Shown: positions 1 to 9,362, counted from the first letter of the stretch. The stretch is 32,378 nucleotides of DNA from Candidatus Gastranaerophilales bacterium (GCA_947632315.1 CANROV010000001.1:1-32378); one strand, 5' to 3'. Numbers and translations: made by a program. Notes: generated by a model from the letters alone, not told the origin.

Positions 1-940
1 GAACATCTCTTTCTCTTGGAGATAAACCGCTTAATACTTCAGCTAAGTCTTCTCTTAATAATTCTTGAGCAACTGTTTTTACGGGAGCATCCGCATCTTT
101 ATCTTCAATAAAATCACCCAATCTTGAATCTTCTTCTTTTCCTATGGGAGTTTCAAGTGATAAAGGTTCTTGTGCTACTTTAATAATTTCTCTTAATTTA
201 GGAACGGAAATATTCATTTCAACGGCTAACTCTTCTTCCGTAGGTTTTCTTGACAGCTCTTGAGCCAGTTTTCTGGTAACCTTTTTTAATTTATTAATTG
301 TTTCAACCATGTGAACAGGAATTCTTATAGTTCTTGCCTGATCGGCGATTGCTCTTGTAATAGCTTGTCTAATCCACCAAGTAGCGTATGTTGAAAATTT
401 ATAACCTCTTTCGTGGTCAAATTTTTCTGCCGCACGGATTAAACCTAGGTTTCCTTCTTGAATTAAATCTAAAAAGAGCATGCCCCTGCCGACATATTTT
501 TTTGCAATACTGACAACAAGTCTTAAATTTGCTTGAACAAGTCTTCTCTTTGCAATAATACCTGCATTACCGCCTTGAATGATTTTTTTAGCAAGGTCTA
601 TTTCTTGTTCTGCGGTTAATAATTTTATTCTGCCTATTTCACGCAGATACATTCTTACCGGGTCATCAAATGAAACTCCTTTTGGAAGCAGTGCATCAGA
701 AATTGATATATCATCATCATCTTCCGCAATATCGGTAGAAAATAAATCTTCATTTTCCATTGTATCTATTATTTTATTTCTTTCGGAACTGATAATAACG
801 TCCATACCTTCTCTGCTGATGGATTCATTTTCCGGCATCATAAGAATACCGGCTGTTTCTGACGGCTCATTTTCCATTGTTTCATCATCCTCTTCCATTA
901 TTCCGACAACGGATAGTTCTGAAATTTTCTTTTTGCTCAT
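1..940 (-). CDS. rpoD: Primary RNA polymerase sigma factor (sigma-70/RpoD family); 3' end lies outside the window
   Basis: Minus-strand ORF not in the supplied track because it runs off the window edge. The ATG at 940-938 directly abuts the dnaG stop (943-941). My translation contains [71 protein letters not shown] and [11 protein letters not shown], matching sigma-70 regions 1.2, 2.1-2.4 and 3. An acidic N-terminal region is present. Confidence 0.93.
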   Translation of the reverse strand, partial: MSKKKISELSVVGIMEEDDETMENEPSETAGILMMPENESISREGMDVIISSERNKIIDTMENEDLFSTDIAEDDDDISISDALLPKGVSFDDPVRMYLREIGRIKLLTAEQEIDLAKKIIQGGNAGIIAKRRLVQANLRLVVSIAKKYVGRGMLFLDLIQEGNLGLIRAAEKFDHERGYKFSTYATWWIRQAITRAIADQARTIRIPVHMVETINKLKKVTRKLAQELSRKPTEEELAVEMNISVPKLREIIKVAQEPLSLETPIGKEEDSRLGDFIEDKDADAPVKTVAQELLREDLAEVLSGLSPRERDV

Positions 941-2827
941 TTAAAGTATCTCCGATTTATTTTTGTTTTTTATTTTTTCTCTTAATTGCATTTGATATTG
1001 CATTGATTCTAAGTCATCATCTTTTAGTTTTTTATATTTTGAAGCAATAGTTCTTTTTTCGCATTCTAATTCATATTGGTCAATTCTTTCGGCATTTTCT
1101 CTTATTACAGCTCTAAAATCACGTTCTGATAAATTTTTGAAACTGTCTGAAATATATATTAAATCTGTTATTATATCTTTTAACTTATTATCCTCAGCAA
1201 ATTGTGTGTACAGGGCTTGTATTAATTTTTCCACATTATTATTTATCTGAAATGATAATTTGTCAATTGTATCTTTTAATTTATTTAAGTTTTCGTCTGA
1301 AAATTTAACATTTTTTATTATTTCTGCAAGATTACTTATTCCAATATTTTGTTCACCTGTTAGAAACAAGCTTAATAAATTTTTTTGTGCTTTTTCACTT
1401 ATATTTGAAGTTTTTGTTACAATTGGCTCTGTTAAAGTATTATCAGCAGTTTTTAGTGTCTTTCTTTTGTTTACCTCCCTAATCAGTGCTTTTTCGTCAA
1501 TATTAATTTTATCAGAAATTATCTTTATATATTCATTTTGAACTATATTGTTTTTAATTTCCTCGATTAAAGGCATGATTTTTTGTATAAGTTTTAGCTT
1601 ATCTGTCGGAGAAAAATTCTCATTATATTCCTTTAATATTTGATTTATTTGAAAATCAAGCAGTAGAGGTGCTTTTTTGATGTATTTTTTATATGATTCA
1701 ATTCCGAATTCTCTGATATATTCATCGGGGTCTTTGCTGTCAAATGGGGCTATTACTCTTATTTCACAAGTGTATTTGTTATCGGATAGAGATGAATACG
1801 ATTGGTCGAACATTTTTATATCGCCAAGCCTCGTGAATGCTTCTTTTATAACTTCTGTACTCCTTTGAGTCGCTTTTAAACCGGCAGCGTCCGTATCAAA
1901 CGCAAGGTATATTTTTCTTGATTTAGTGTATTTAGATATTAATTTTATATGGTCAACAGTAAGTGCTGTACCGCAAGAAGCTACAGCATTTTTTAACCCT
2001 GCCGCTTGTGCCGATATTACATCAAAATATCCTTCCATAATTACTACATAGTCTTCTTGTATCATTTCCGATTTAGCTTTGTCAATTCCGTATAAAATTC
2101 GGCTTTTATTATACAAAACTGTATCCGGTGAATTTAAATATTTGGGATTTTGATTGGCTTCTATTGCTCTTGCTCCGAATGCTATTACATTTCCTTGCTC
2201 ATCATATATCGGAATCATAATTCTATGGCGAAATCTGTCTACTGTTTCGCCTTTTTCCGTTTTTACGGTTAAACCTGATTTTTCCATAATTTGAGGGATA
2301 AACTGAGATTTAAAATCTTTTTGAAAATCTGTGTAACCTTTCTTTGAGTATCCTATTTTATACTCATCAATAATTTCTTTTGTTATTCCTCTTTTTGTCA
2401 GGTATTCGAGTGCAATTTTTGCTTCTTCAAGCGAAAATAAATTATTATGATAATATTCGCATGCTTTTTTTAAAATATCTTTTATTTGCTCTTTTTCTTC
2501 GGCATATTGTTTTGAACCGGAGTGAGAAGAAGGCAGTTCAATTCCGAATTTTTCAGCTAAATCTTTAATTACATCATTAAAGGATTGGTTATTTATTTTC
2601 ATTAAGAACGTTATAGCATCACCGCCTTCACCGCAGCCAAAACATTTAAATATCCCTTTTTGTACGTTTACGCAGAATGACGGAGTCTTTTCGTTATGAA
2701 AAGGACAACAGCCCCAATAATTTGCTCCTTTTTTTTTCAGTACAACATACGACTGAACAACATCTAATATATCCAATCGGTTTCTTATTTCGTCTATTGC
2801 TTCACTGTATGTTTTATTTGTGGTCAT
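941..2827 (-). CDS. dnaG: DNA primase
   Basis: 628-aa ORF. CHC2 zinc finger (CCPFHNEKTPSFCV...CFGCG). TOPRIM motifs MEGYFDV and FDTDAAG. Zero-nt junctions with dgt upstream and rpoD downstream. Confidence 0.95.
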   Translation of the reverse strand: MTTNKTYSEAIDEIRNRLDILDVVQSYVVLKKKGANYWGCCPFHNEKTPSFCVNVQKGIFKCFGCGEGGDAITFLMKINNQSFNDVIKDLAEKFGIELPSSHSGSKQYAEEKEQIKDILKKACEYYHNNLFSLEEAKIALEYLTKRGITKEIIDEYKIGYSKKGYTDFQKDFKSQFIPQIMEKSGLTVKTEKGETVDRFRHRIMIPIYDEQGNVIAFGARAIEANQNPKYLNSPDTVLYNKSRILYGIDKAKSEMIQEDYVVIMEGYFDVISAQAAGLKNAVASCGTALTVDHIKLISKYTKSRKIYLAFDTDAAGLKATQRSTEVIKEAFTRLGDIKMFDQSYSSLSDNKYTCEIRVIAPFDSKDPDEYIREFGIESYKKYIKKAPLLLDFQINQILKEYNENFSPTDKLKLIQKIMPLIEEIKNNIVQNEYIKIISDKINIDEKALIREVNKRKTLKTADNTLTEPIVTKTSNISEKAQKNLLSLFLTGEQNIGISNLAEIIKNVKFSDENLNKLKDTIDKLSFQINNNVEKLIQALYTQFAEDNKLKDIITDLIYISDSFKNLSERDFRAVIRENAERIDQYELECEKRTIASKYKKLKDDDLESMQYQMQLREKIKNKNKSEIL

Positions 2828-3874
2828 TTACTGTGTTAATCCGTTCATTTCGGCAAGTTTATATAAAAATTCATCATTGTTTTTTTGTATTAAAGGTGCG
2901 GGTAAGAAGTTTTCTTCATATTTTATCAGTGCATATCTGTCAGTCATGCCCGATACGTAATCACATACAGTCTGCATTATAGTTTTTTCCTCCGCATTTT
3001 TATATTTATTCTGCAGTCCGTTAAAGTAAAATTCAAATAATCTTCTGATTACATTCTGGGCTTTATCTTCCGCAAGTTTTGCCGGAGAATTGTTATATAC
3101 GTGATTAAACATCCATTCTCTTAATTTTATGAATTGTTCAAAACATTCTTCCGACATTAATATTTTATCTTTTCCATAGCTGGTTTCAACTATATCATTT
3201 ACAATTTTTGTTAATCTTATTCGGTTTGTTGTTGAAAAATATTTAACACTTTCCGAAGGAATATCTTCATTTTTAATAATTCTTGCTCTTATTGCGTCTT
3301 GGATGTCATGATTTATGTATGCAATTTTATCCGAGAGTCTTACTACCTGACCTTCAAGAGTATTCGGCATCATATGATATGAATGATTTAATATTCCGTC
3401 AAGCGTTTCTTGAGTAAGATTTAAGTCCTCAATAAATTCAACGACTCTTACGCTTTGTTCATTATGTCTGTACCCGTCAGGCATTAATTCGTTTAAGACT
3501 CTTTCTCCGCTGTGTCCGAACGGGGTATGACCTAAATCATGCCCTAAAGCTATAGCTTCTGTTAAATCTTCATTGAGTTCTAATGCTCTTGATATTGTTC
3601 TTGCTATTTGTGATACTTCTAATGTATGGGTCATTCTTGTTCTAAAGTGGTCATCATACGGTGAAAAGAAAACTTGTGTTTTGTGTTTTAATCTTCTGAA
3701 AGCTTTAGAATGAAGAATTCTGTCTCTGTCTCTTTGATATTCTGTTCTTAAAGGACAAGATTCTTCTTTTCTCTTCCTGCCTTTTGTATATTTGCTTTTT
3801 GAAGCTAATTCACTTAAATATAGCAACTCTTTTTCTTCGAGTTTTTCACGTACTGTTTTATTTTTAGAATCCAT
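2828..3874 (-). CDS. dgt: dGTP triphosphohydrolase-like HD-domain protein
   Basis: 348-aa ORF with RDRDRILHSKAFRRLKHKTQVF, THTLEVSQIAR and LGHDLGHTPFGH motifs typical of the dGTPase-like family. GAGGAA Shine-Dalgarno ahead of the ATG at 3874. First gene of the dgt-dnaG-rpoD string. Confidence 0.85.
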   Translation of the reverse strand: MDSKNKTVREKLEEKELLYLSELASKSKYTKGRKRKEESCPLRTEYQRDRDRILHSKAFRRLKHKTQVFFSPYDDHFRTRMTHTLEVSQIARTISRALELNEDLTEAIALGHDLGHTPFGHSGERVLNELMPDGYRHNEQSVRVVEFIEDLNLTQETLDGILNHSYHMMPNTLEGQVVRLSDKIAYINHDIQDAIRARIIKNEDIPSESVKYFSTTNRIRLTKIVNDIVETSYGKDKILMSEECFEQFIKLREWMFNHVYNNSPAKLAEDKAQNVIRRLFEFYFNGLQNKYKNAEEKTIMQTVCDYVSGMTDRYALIKYEENFLPAPLIQKNNDEFLYKLAEMNGLTQ

Positions 3875-3928
3875 AATTCCTCGCTTCTTTATTTTATAAT
3901 AAACCTTTGCCTTTTTATATTTATTTAC

Positions 3929-3956
3929 TTGATTTATTTAAATTATTTAATATAAT
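3929..3956 (+). promoter_or_regulatory. Sigma-70-type promoter candidate for rpmB
   Basis: TTGATT (3929-3934), a 16-nt spacer, then TATAAT (3951-3956), about 75 nt upstream of the rpmB ATG. A second weaker TTGATT-15 nt-TATAAT lies at 3970-3996. Confidence 0.5.
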
Positions 3957-4031
3957 TTTCATAATCAGCTTGATTATTAGTTTTTTTTTATATAATATTA
4001 AGCTAAGAAAGTTACTTGAAAGGAAATAAAA

Positions 4032-4223
4032 ATGTCAGTTGAATGCGCAATATGCGGAAAAAAACCATTGAAAGCAGCTAAACTTTCATTCTCTCATAAA
4101 CATCATGTATATAGACAGACTCCTAATCTTCAGTCTGTAAAAATAAATGATAACGGTACAATTAAAAGAGTTAAAGTTTGTACTTCTTGTTTAAGAGCAG
4201 GAAAAGTTCAAAGAGCTGTTTAA
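4032..4223 (+). CDS. rpmB: 50S ribosomal protein L28 (short, Cys-containing zinc-ribbon form)
   Basis: 63-aa ORF. CAICGKK...SHKHH...PNLQSVK...KRVKVCTSCLRAGKV matches the short L28 pattern. GAAAGGAAA purine block sits upstream. Confidence 0.9.
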   Translation: MSVECAICGKKPLKAAKLSFSHKHHVYRQTPNLQSVKINDNGTIKRVKVCTSCLRAGKVQRAV

Positions 4224-4237
4224 AAAATCTAATATTA

Positions 4238-4269
4238 AAAAATAACCGGCATATTTGCCGGTTATTTTT
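4238..4269. terminator. Bidirectional intrinsic terminator between convergent rpmB and the HD-domain gene
   Basis: Perfect 14-nt inverted repeat AAAAATAACCGGCA (4238-4251) / TGCCGGTTATTTTT (4256-4269) with a 4-nt loop TATT. The A-run and T-run flanks give a U-tract in both orientations. Confidence 0.8.
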
Positions 4270-5056
4270 ATGCAGCCGCATACGACTTATTTATTGCAGT
4301 TTTGAGTGCATTTACAACTTCTGTACTTACTTCACCTTGTTGGGCTTTTTGGTCTAAGATTTTAAACGATTCCTCAATTGTCAAGGGCTTTTTGTAGCTT
4401 CTTTCCTCCCTTAGTGCTGAATATATATCAGCAACAGACAGTACATTACTCAATGTGTCTTTGTTTTGTGTATACGGTGTGTGATGATTTTTTATAATGT
4501 TTAAAACTCTTTTATCCATGTTAGTTTGAGATAAAAGTTCATAACCTAATTGTGCGTGTAAATCAATTTTTTCACGTTCATCCGGTGTTAGTTTTCCGGG
4601 TTTATTTATTATTTCTTTGGGAATTAACAGTTTTCCAAAATCATGAAAAATTGAGGCTTGTTCAAGATATTTTTTATCTATTGCCGACAGATTCATTGTA
4701 TTAGCAATTTGAAGCGCATATGCAGTTGTTGTTCTTAAATGTGAATTCATAATTGATGATATATTTTCGGGATGGATTTTATATTCTATCCCTTTTTCTT
4801 TTAGAATATCTTTTATTTTAGGATTTTTTTCCACCAAAGACTTAACATTGTCAGGCGCAATATATGTTTTTAAAATTAATCTGGGATTATAAAGATTAAA
4901 CAGATTTTTGTTTGAAAATCCGGCATTTGGATTTGTAGTTGTTTGCTTTGAAAACTTATCTGATTTTTCCTTTGGATATATAGGCAAAATTATTGTTTTA
5001 GCTACAGGAACATGAGTATTTGTATATATCCCTAATTCATTGTTACTTATATTCAA
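4268..5056 (-). CDS. HD-domain protein, HD-GYP-like with a degenerate GYP motif
   Basis: 262-aa ORF. SIFHDFGKLLIPKEIINKPGKLTPDEREKIDLHAQLGYELL fits the HD-GYP core. The second motif reads HHTPYTQNKDT instead of HHExxDGxGYP. The start codon at 5056 is TTG, preceded by GGGGAAAAGAAG. The first in-frame ATG is about 100 codons downstream. Confidence 0.7.
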   Translation of the reverse strand: MNISNNELGIYTNTHVPVAKTIILPIYPKEKSDKFSKQTTTNPNAGFSNKNLFNLYNPRLILKTYIAPDNVKSLVEKNPKIKDILKEKGIEYKIHPENISSIMNSHLRTTTAYALQIANTMNLSAIDKKYLEQASIFHDFGKLLIPKEIINKPGKLTPDEREKIDLHAQLGYELLSQTNMDKRVLNIIKNHHTPYTQNKDTLSNVLSVADIYSALREERSYKKPLTIEESFKILDQKAQQGEVSTEVVNALKTAINKSYAAA

Positions 5057-5130
5057 CTTCTTTTCCCCACACTACCTATATACTATTAAAAAAAAATTTT
5101 GATTTTAAATTGCTCTCCAAATTGAATTAT

Positions 5131-5184
5131 TAACAAAAATTAACAAAAAAATTCCTTGACATTAATTGTAAAACAAACAAAAAT
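5131..5184 (+). promoter_or_regulatory. Possible promoter with UP-like phased A-tracts upstream of the pentapeptide-repeat gene
   Basis: Tandem 10-bp repeat TAACAAAAAT/TAACAAAAAA (5131-5150) directly upstream of a consensus TTGACA (5156-5161). The best -10 at 17-nt spacing is only AAAAAT (5179-5184), so this call is weak. Confidence 0.3.
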
Positions 5185-5269
5185 AATTATGTAATATTTT
5201 TATGTTATAAACTAATAATATTGTGGAATAGCATAATGGTTAACGGTAATTTAAAAAGGAGATAGTTTA

Positions 5270-5794
5270 ATGTATTCAAAAGAAGAACTTGCGGAACTTA
5301 TTATAAAAAATCCTGAGGAATATAATGAATATAAGAAAACAATTGAAGATGAGCTTGATTTAACCGAATTGGATTTTTCGGACGTCACATTGGAGAATAT
5401 TGATTTATCAAATACTGAGCTTGCAGGTACATCTTTTATTGATTCACATTTATCTAATGTATCTTTTGTAGGCAGTGATTTAAATGCTGCAGATTTCACA
5501 AGAGCCAATGTTGTTGAGTGTGATTTTTCGGAAAGTATTTTAAACGGTACCGATTTTAGTTATGCAACTGTAAATTATTGTAATTTTACTGACGCAGATA
5601 TGGCAGGATGTATTGTTAAAGAAGCTGAATTAACTGATTCCGATTTTTCGGCAAGTGCTAACCTTGCAGCTACTCGTGCGGATGATACCACTGTTTGGCC
5701 GGATTCTGATTTATTGCCCGATGATTTTGATACAAATTATTCTAAAGATAACAATGAAGAAGATGAAGAAGAAAACACAGTTTCTGATTATTAA
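5270..5794 (+). CDS. Pentapeptide-repeat protein with an acidic C-terminal tail
   Basis: 174-aa ORF. Long run of A(D/N)LxX-type pentapeptides (DFSDVTLENIDLSNTELAGTSFIDSHLSNVSFVGSDLNAADFTRANVVECDFSES...). AAGGAG Shine-Dalgarno 8 nt before the ATG. Tail is NNEEDEEENTVSDY. Confidence 0.85.
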   Translation: MYSKEELAELIIKNPEEYNEYKKTIEDELDLTELDFSDVTLENIDLSNTELAGTSFIDSHLSNVSFVGSDLNAADFTRANVVECDFSESILNGTDFSYATVNYCNFTDADMAGCIVKEAELTDSDFSASANLAATRADDTTVWPDSDLLPDDFDTNYSKDNNEEDEEENTVSDY

Positions 5795-5808
5795 TTGAAT
5801 TTTTAAAT

Positions 5809-5847
5809 AAAAAAAGACCGCACTTAAATTTCGGGCGGTCTTTTTTT
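5809..5847. terminator. Bidirectional intrinsic terminator between the convergent pentapeptide-repeat gene and the pyrophosphatase gene
   Basis: AAAAAAAGACCGC (5809-5821) pairs with GCGGTCTTTTTTT (5835-5847) across a 13-nt loop. A/T runs on both sides. Confidence 0.7.
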
Positions 5848-5860
5848 ATTTTGGGCTATG

Positions 5861-8233
5861 TTATTTATCTGTAGGTATTCTCATGCCGTAGAAAGAACGT
5901 ATTACAAATATAACAGCAATAACGAATAAAATTATACCCGCAGTCGGTGCTATATTTTTAAATGCAGGTGCAATTGCTATTTCCATAGCCAATAATCCGA
6001 ATAATGTTGTAAATTTAATAATCGGGTTCATAGCAACAGAAGATGTATCTTTAAATGGGTCTCCGACGGTATCGCCGACAACCGTAGCGTCATGAAGTGG
6101 TGTGCCTTTTTCATTTAAATCAACTTCTACAATTTTTTTCGCATTATCCCAGCATCCGCCTGCATTTGCCATGAATACGGCTTGGAATAGTCCGAATATT
6201 GCTATACCTATAAGATAGCTTACAAAGAATGATACCGGATTTACCGTATTTTCCATTGGGGCTGATAAACACGCAAATGACAATGCAAAAGCAAATAATG
6301 CTATAAATATATTAAACATGCCTTTTTGTGCATATTCCGTACATATTTTAACAACTTCTTTTGAATTGTCGGTATTTGCTTTTTTGTCATCGCTTTCTCC
6401 GAGTTTTATATGCTTTGCGATATATTCAACAGCTCTGTATGCCCCTGTTGTAACCGCTTGCATTGAAGCTCCGGAGAACCAATATATAACTGCTCCGCCC
6501 ATTAATAAACCTAATATTGTGTATGGATTTAATAAGTTTAATATTGATTCGGGTTCAATATTTAAAGTTTCTTTGATAACAAGTATTAAAGAAAATATCA
6601 TTGTTGTAGCCCCTACACCTGCACCATCGTTTTGTTCTAAGAATTTTTTTGCGGTTTCAAAATTAGGCTCGAAGCCGAATTCTTTTTTTATTTCGTCAGC
6701 GACATTAGGTATTTCTTCAATTAACGATAATTCATATACGGATTGTGCGTTATCTGTAACAGGGCCATAGCTGTCAACTGCGATAGTAACCGGCCCCATA
6801 CCTAAAAATCCGAAGGCTACAAGTCCGAATGCAAATACAGATGAATACATCATCATTTCAGCGGGAATATGTATGCTTGCAAAATATGCCATAGTCATTA
6901 ATGCAACAATTACAAGTCCTATCCAAAAACCTGAAAAATTCCCTGATACTATACCTGATAAAATTGTAAGTGAAGCTCCGCCTTCTTTTGAAGCCGTAAC
7001 AACTTCTGCTGTGTGTTTTGCTTTGGGGCTTGTAAATACTTTCGTAAATTCCGGTATTAACGCTGCACCTAATGTTCCGCAGCTTATTATTATTGATAAT
7101 GTCAGCCATATGTTGTCAGGCAGATTACCAAGTAAATATTTACTTACCGTAAATGTCATTCCTATGGATAATATTGAAGTCAGCCATACCAGGTTTGTCA
7201 GAGGTGCTTCAAAATCCAATTCGGTTTTATTGGTATATAATATTTTATTTAAAATACCGTTAATGCCGTATGCAATTACTGAAGTAATTATCATAAGATA
7301 GCGCATAACAAATATCCAGGTTAATAATTGGATTTGGTATTGAGGAAATACTCCGAGTAAAATAAAGCTTACAAGAGCAACACCTGTTACACCATATGTT
7401 TCAAAACCGTCTGCCGTCGGCCCTATAGAATCACCAGCATTATCTCCGGTACAGTCTGCTATAACACCCGGATTTCTCGGATCATCTTCTTTTATTCCAA
7501 ATTGAATTTTCATTAAATCAGAACTGATATCAGCAATTTTTGTGAATATTCCGCCTGCTACACGGAGGGCTGATGCACCTAATGATTCACCGATTGCAAA
7601 ACCGATAAAACATGCTCCTGCTAAGTGGCCCGGAACAAATAATAATATGGTTAGCATAACTATTAATTCTACGCTTACAAGTAGTACGCCTATACTCATA
7701 CCTGCTTTTAAAGGTATGTTTAATATGTCCAGCGGTTTGTTCTTTAATGCTATAAAAGATGTTCTTGCATTGGCTAAAGTGTTCATTCTTATTCCGAACC
7801 ACGCAACACCATATGAACCTAATATTCCGATGACAGAAGCGGCAAGAATTATTAATACGTTTTTTACGCTCATTTCCTGCAAAAATCCGAAATAAAATGC
7901 TATACATACAGCAATTAGTATTTCAAGCCCAATAAGAAACTTACCTTGCTGCACAAGATATGTTTTACAAGTTTCAAAAATGGTATTACCAATTTCAATC
8001 ATACATTTATGAGCTTTGATTCCTTTAATTTGTGAATAAGCAATAAGTCCCCATATAAGTCCAAGAACTGAAACGATAATACCTGCTATGAGCAGATTAA
8101 AATTATCACCTTGGATTTTCGGAACAGTCAAATCTGCCTCACCGGCAAAAGCTGGCATTACCGTTAATAATACCGTGCATATTAATGCCGATATGCCTTT
8201 AACGGAGCCGGTTATTCTCTTTAAAAATGGCAT
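5861..8233 (-). CDS. hppA: Membrane-bound proton/sodium-translocating pyrophosphatase (M-PPase), divergent
   Basis: 790-aa polytopic ORF. Motifs GGIFTKIADISSDL, EDDPRNPGVIADCTGDNAGDSIGPTADGFETY, GGCWDNAKK and VVGDTVGDPFKDTS. AAGGAG Shine-Dalgarno. N-terminal signal-like extension ends in AFA-GE. Confidence 0.88.
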   Translation of the reverse strand: MPFLKRITGSVKGISALICTVLLTVMPAFAGEADLTVPKIQGDNFNLLIAGIIVSVLGLIWGLIAYSQIKGIKAHKCMIEIGNTIFETCKTYLVQQGKFLIGLEILIAVCIAFYFGFLQEMSVKNVLIILAASVIGILGSYGVAWFGIRMNTLANARTSFIALKNKPLDILNIPLKAGMSIGVLLVSVELIVMLTILLFVPGHLAGACFIGFAIGESLGASALRVAGGIFTKIADISSDLMKIQFGIKEDDPRNPGVIADCTGDNAGDSIGPTADGFETYGVTGVALVSFILLGVFPQYQIQLLTWIFVMRYLMIITSVIAYGINGILNKILYTNKTELDFEAPLTNLVWLTSILSIGMTFTVSKYLLGNLPDNIWLTLSIIISCGTLGAALIPEFTKVFTSPKAKHTAEVVTASKEGGASLTILSGIVSGNFSGFWIGLVIVALMTMAYFASIHIPAEMMMYSSVFAFGLVAFGFLGMGPVTIAVDSYGPVTDNAQSVYELSLIEEIPNVADEIKKEFGFEPNFETAKKFLEQNDGAGVGATTMIFSLILVIKETLNIEPESILNLLNPYTILGLLMGGAVIYWFSGASMQAVTTGAYRAVEYIAKHIKLGESDDKKANTDNSKEVVKICTEYAQKGMFNIFIALFAFALSFACLSAPMENTVNPVSFFVSYLIGIAIFGLFQAVFMANAGGCWDNAKKIVEVDLNEKGTPLHDATVVGDTVGDPFKDTSSVAMNPIIKFTTLFGLLAMEIAIAPAFKNIAPTAGIILFVIAVIFVIRSFYGMRIPTDK

Positions 8234-8318
8234 TTCTATCTCCTTTTTTCTACCGAATACGATTTCTTATTATATATTATTATTCAAAAATTAACTACTT
8301 TTTAAGAATTATATACAA

Positions 8319-9362
8319 TTATTTATTATCTTTTAACAGCATATTTACGGCTATATCAGGAGCAATTCCGCAATTGCAATAGAATATAAAATTATTTAGC
8401 TCTCTGTCTGGCAGTTTATGTTTAATAACATAATAAGCTTCAATTGCGGTTAATGCTCTTTTTTCTTCGCAAACAGGGCTTTTTGTCTCTTTATCCGTTG
8501 ATATTAATCCTATATATCTGTCAAAGTTCTTTATTATTATAGGATTGGTTAATATTTCCGCTATTTCTTGGTCGTTAAGGGGTATATCGGGATAAATTCT
8601 ATATTCATCAGAATATCGATTTTTCGTAAAAAGTGATTTTAAAACTTCTGTTTTTTCTAATAATTCATTATTTTCGGCAATTATTTTTGCTATTTCTTGA
8701 GGAATATCTTGATGAGTTACTAAATATTGTATAATATTATTTTCAGATTTTTTTTGACGTTTTACAACGTTTATTGCACATTCTGCCGATAATTTTATAA
8801 AAAATTTATCAATTTTAGTTTCCTTGGAATTGTTTTGACTTTTTAATCTGTTTAAATAGTTTTTATATTGTTTTATTGTTTTTTCATCCATGGAAAAACC
8901 TATTGCATATACGGCTTCTTCAGCATTTAAACCATTTTCTTTCATAAAAGATAATATACTTGACGGTTTAAATTGGGTATATGGATTTAGTCTATAGTTG
9001 TATTTATTATTGTATGATAAATTGTTTTCATTTAATTTATTATTTGTAATATTCTGAAATTCTTCTTCATACAATAAATAAAAGTCTCCGAGATTATTAT
9101 CGGCATATATTTGTGCTTCTGTGTCTGATAAACCTTCATTTAATGCATTGGCGTATTCCATCAGAGTTATCCCTTTATATCCTTTTTTTATGGCAGTATA
9201 AGCTTCTTCTGATGATAATACTCTTTCTGTTTCGTTATATAATTTTTCTTCTTCTTTTTTATTTAATATATATTTTGATTCGTTACTCCGGGTACCGAAT
9301 ATAGGATGATTATATTTATTATTTACCGCTTTCGCTAAATTACAGTAACTGTTAATATACAT
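8319..9362 (-). CDS. Hypothetical protein, no family recognised
   Basis: 347-aa ORF in a clean frame with an ATG and a GGAG upstream. Asn/Lys/Glu/Tyr-rich. Shows repeated short helix-like motifs (see findings). Coding status is well supported by its length in AT-rich DNA, but function is unknown. Confidence 0.6.
   Translation of the reverse strand: MYINSYCNLAKAVNNKYNHPIFGTRSNESKYILNKKEEEKLYNETERVLSSEEAYTAIKKGYKGITLMEYANALNEGLSDTEAQIYADNNLGDFYLLYEEEFQNITNNKLNENNLSYNNKYNYRLNPYTQFKPSSILSFMKENGLNAEEAVYAIGFSMDEKTIKQYKNYLNRLKSQNNSKETKIDKFFIKLSAECAINVVKRQKKSENNIIQYLVTHQDIPQEIAKIIAENNELLEKTEVLKSLFTKNRYSDEYRIYPDIPLNDQEIAEILTNPIIIKNFDRYIGLISTDKETKSPVCEEKRALTAIEAYYVIKHKLPDRELNNFIFYCNCGIAPDIAVNMLLKDNK

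Noticed and set aside
2828-3874. The dGTPase-like HD protein as an anti-phage dNTP-depletion defence gene.
   Set aside because: It is welded to dnaG and rpoD with zero-nt junctions, in the conserved macromolecular-synthesis operon arrangement. It has no island-like neighbours. A housekeeping role is far more likely.
579-7895. Plus-strand ORFs of 60-150 aa in the supplied track that lie wholly inside longer minus-strand genes. Examples are 579-944, 1260-1541, 6318-6770, 6873-7301 and 7542-7895. Similar cases occur later at 15088-15399, 17382-17789, 20421-20726 and 21313-21702.
   Set aside because: Each is antisense to a gene with clear family motifs. Their translations are low-complexity Ser/Phe/Ile/Leu-rich, as expected for the reverse frame of AT-rich coding DNA. 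None has a convincing ribosome-binding site.
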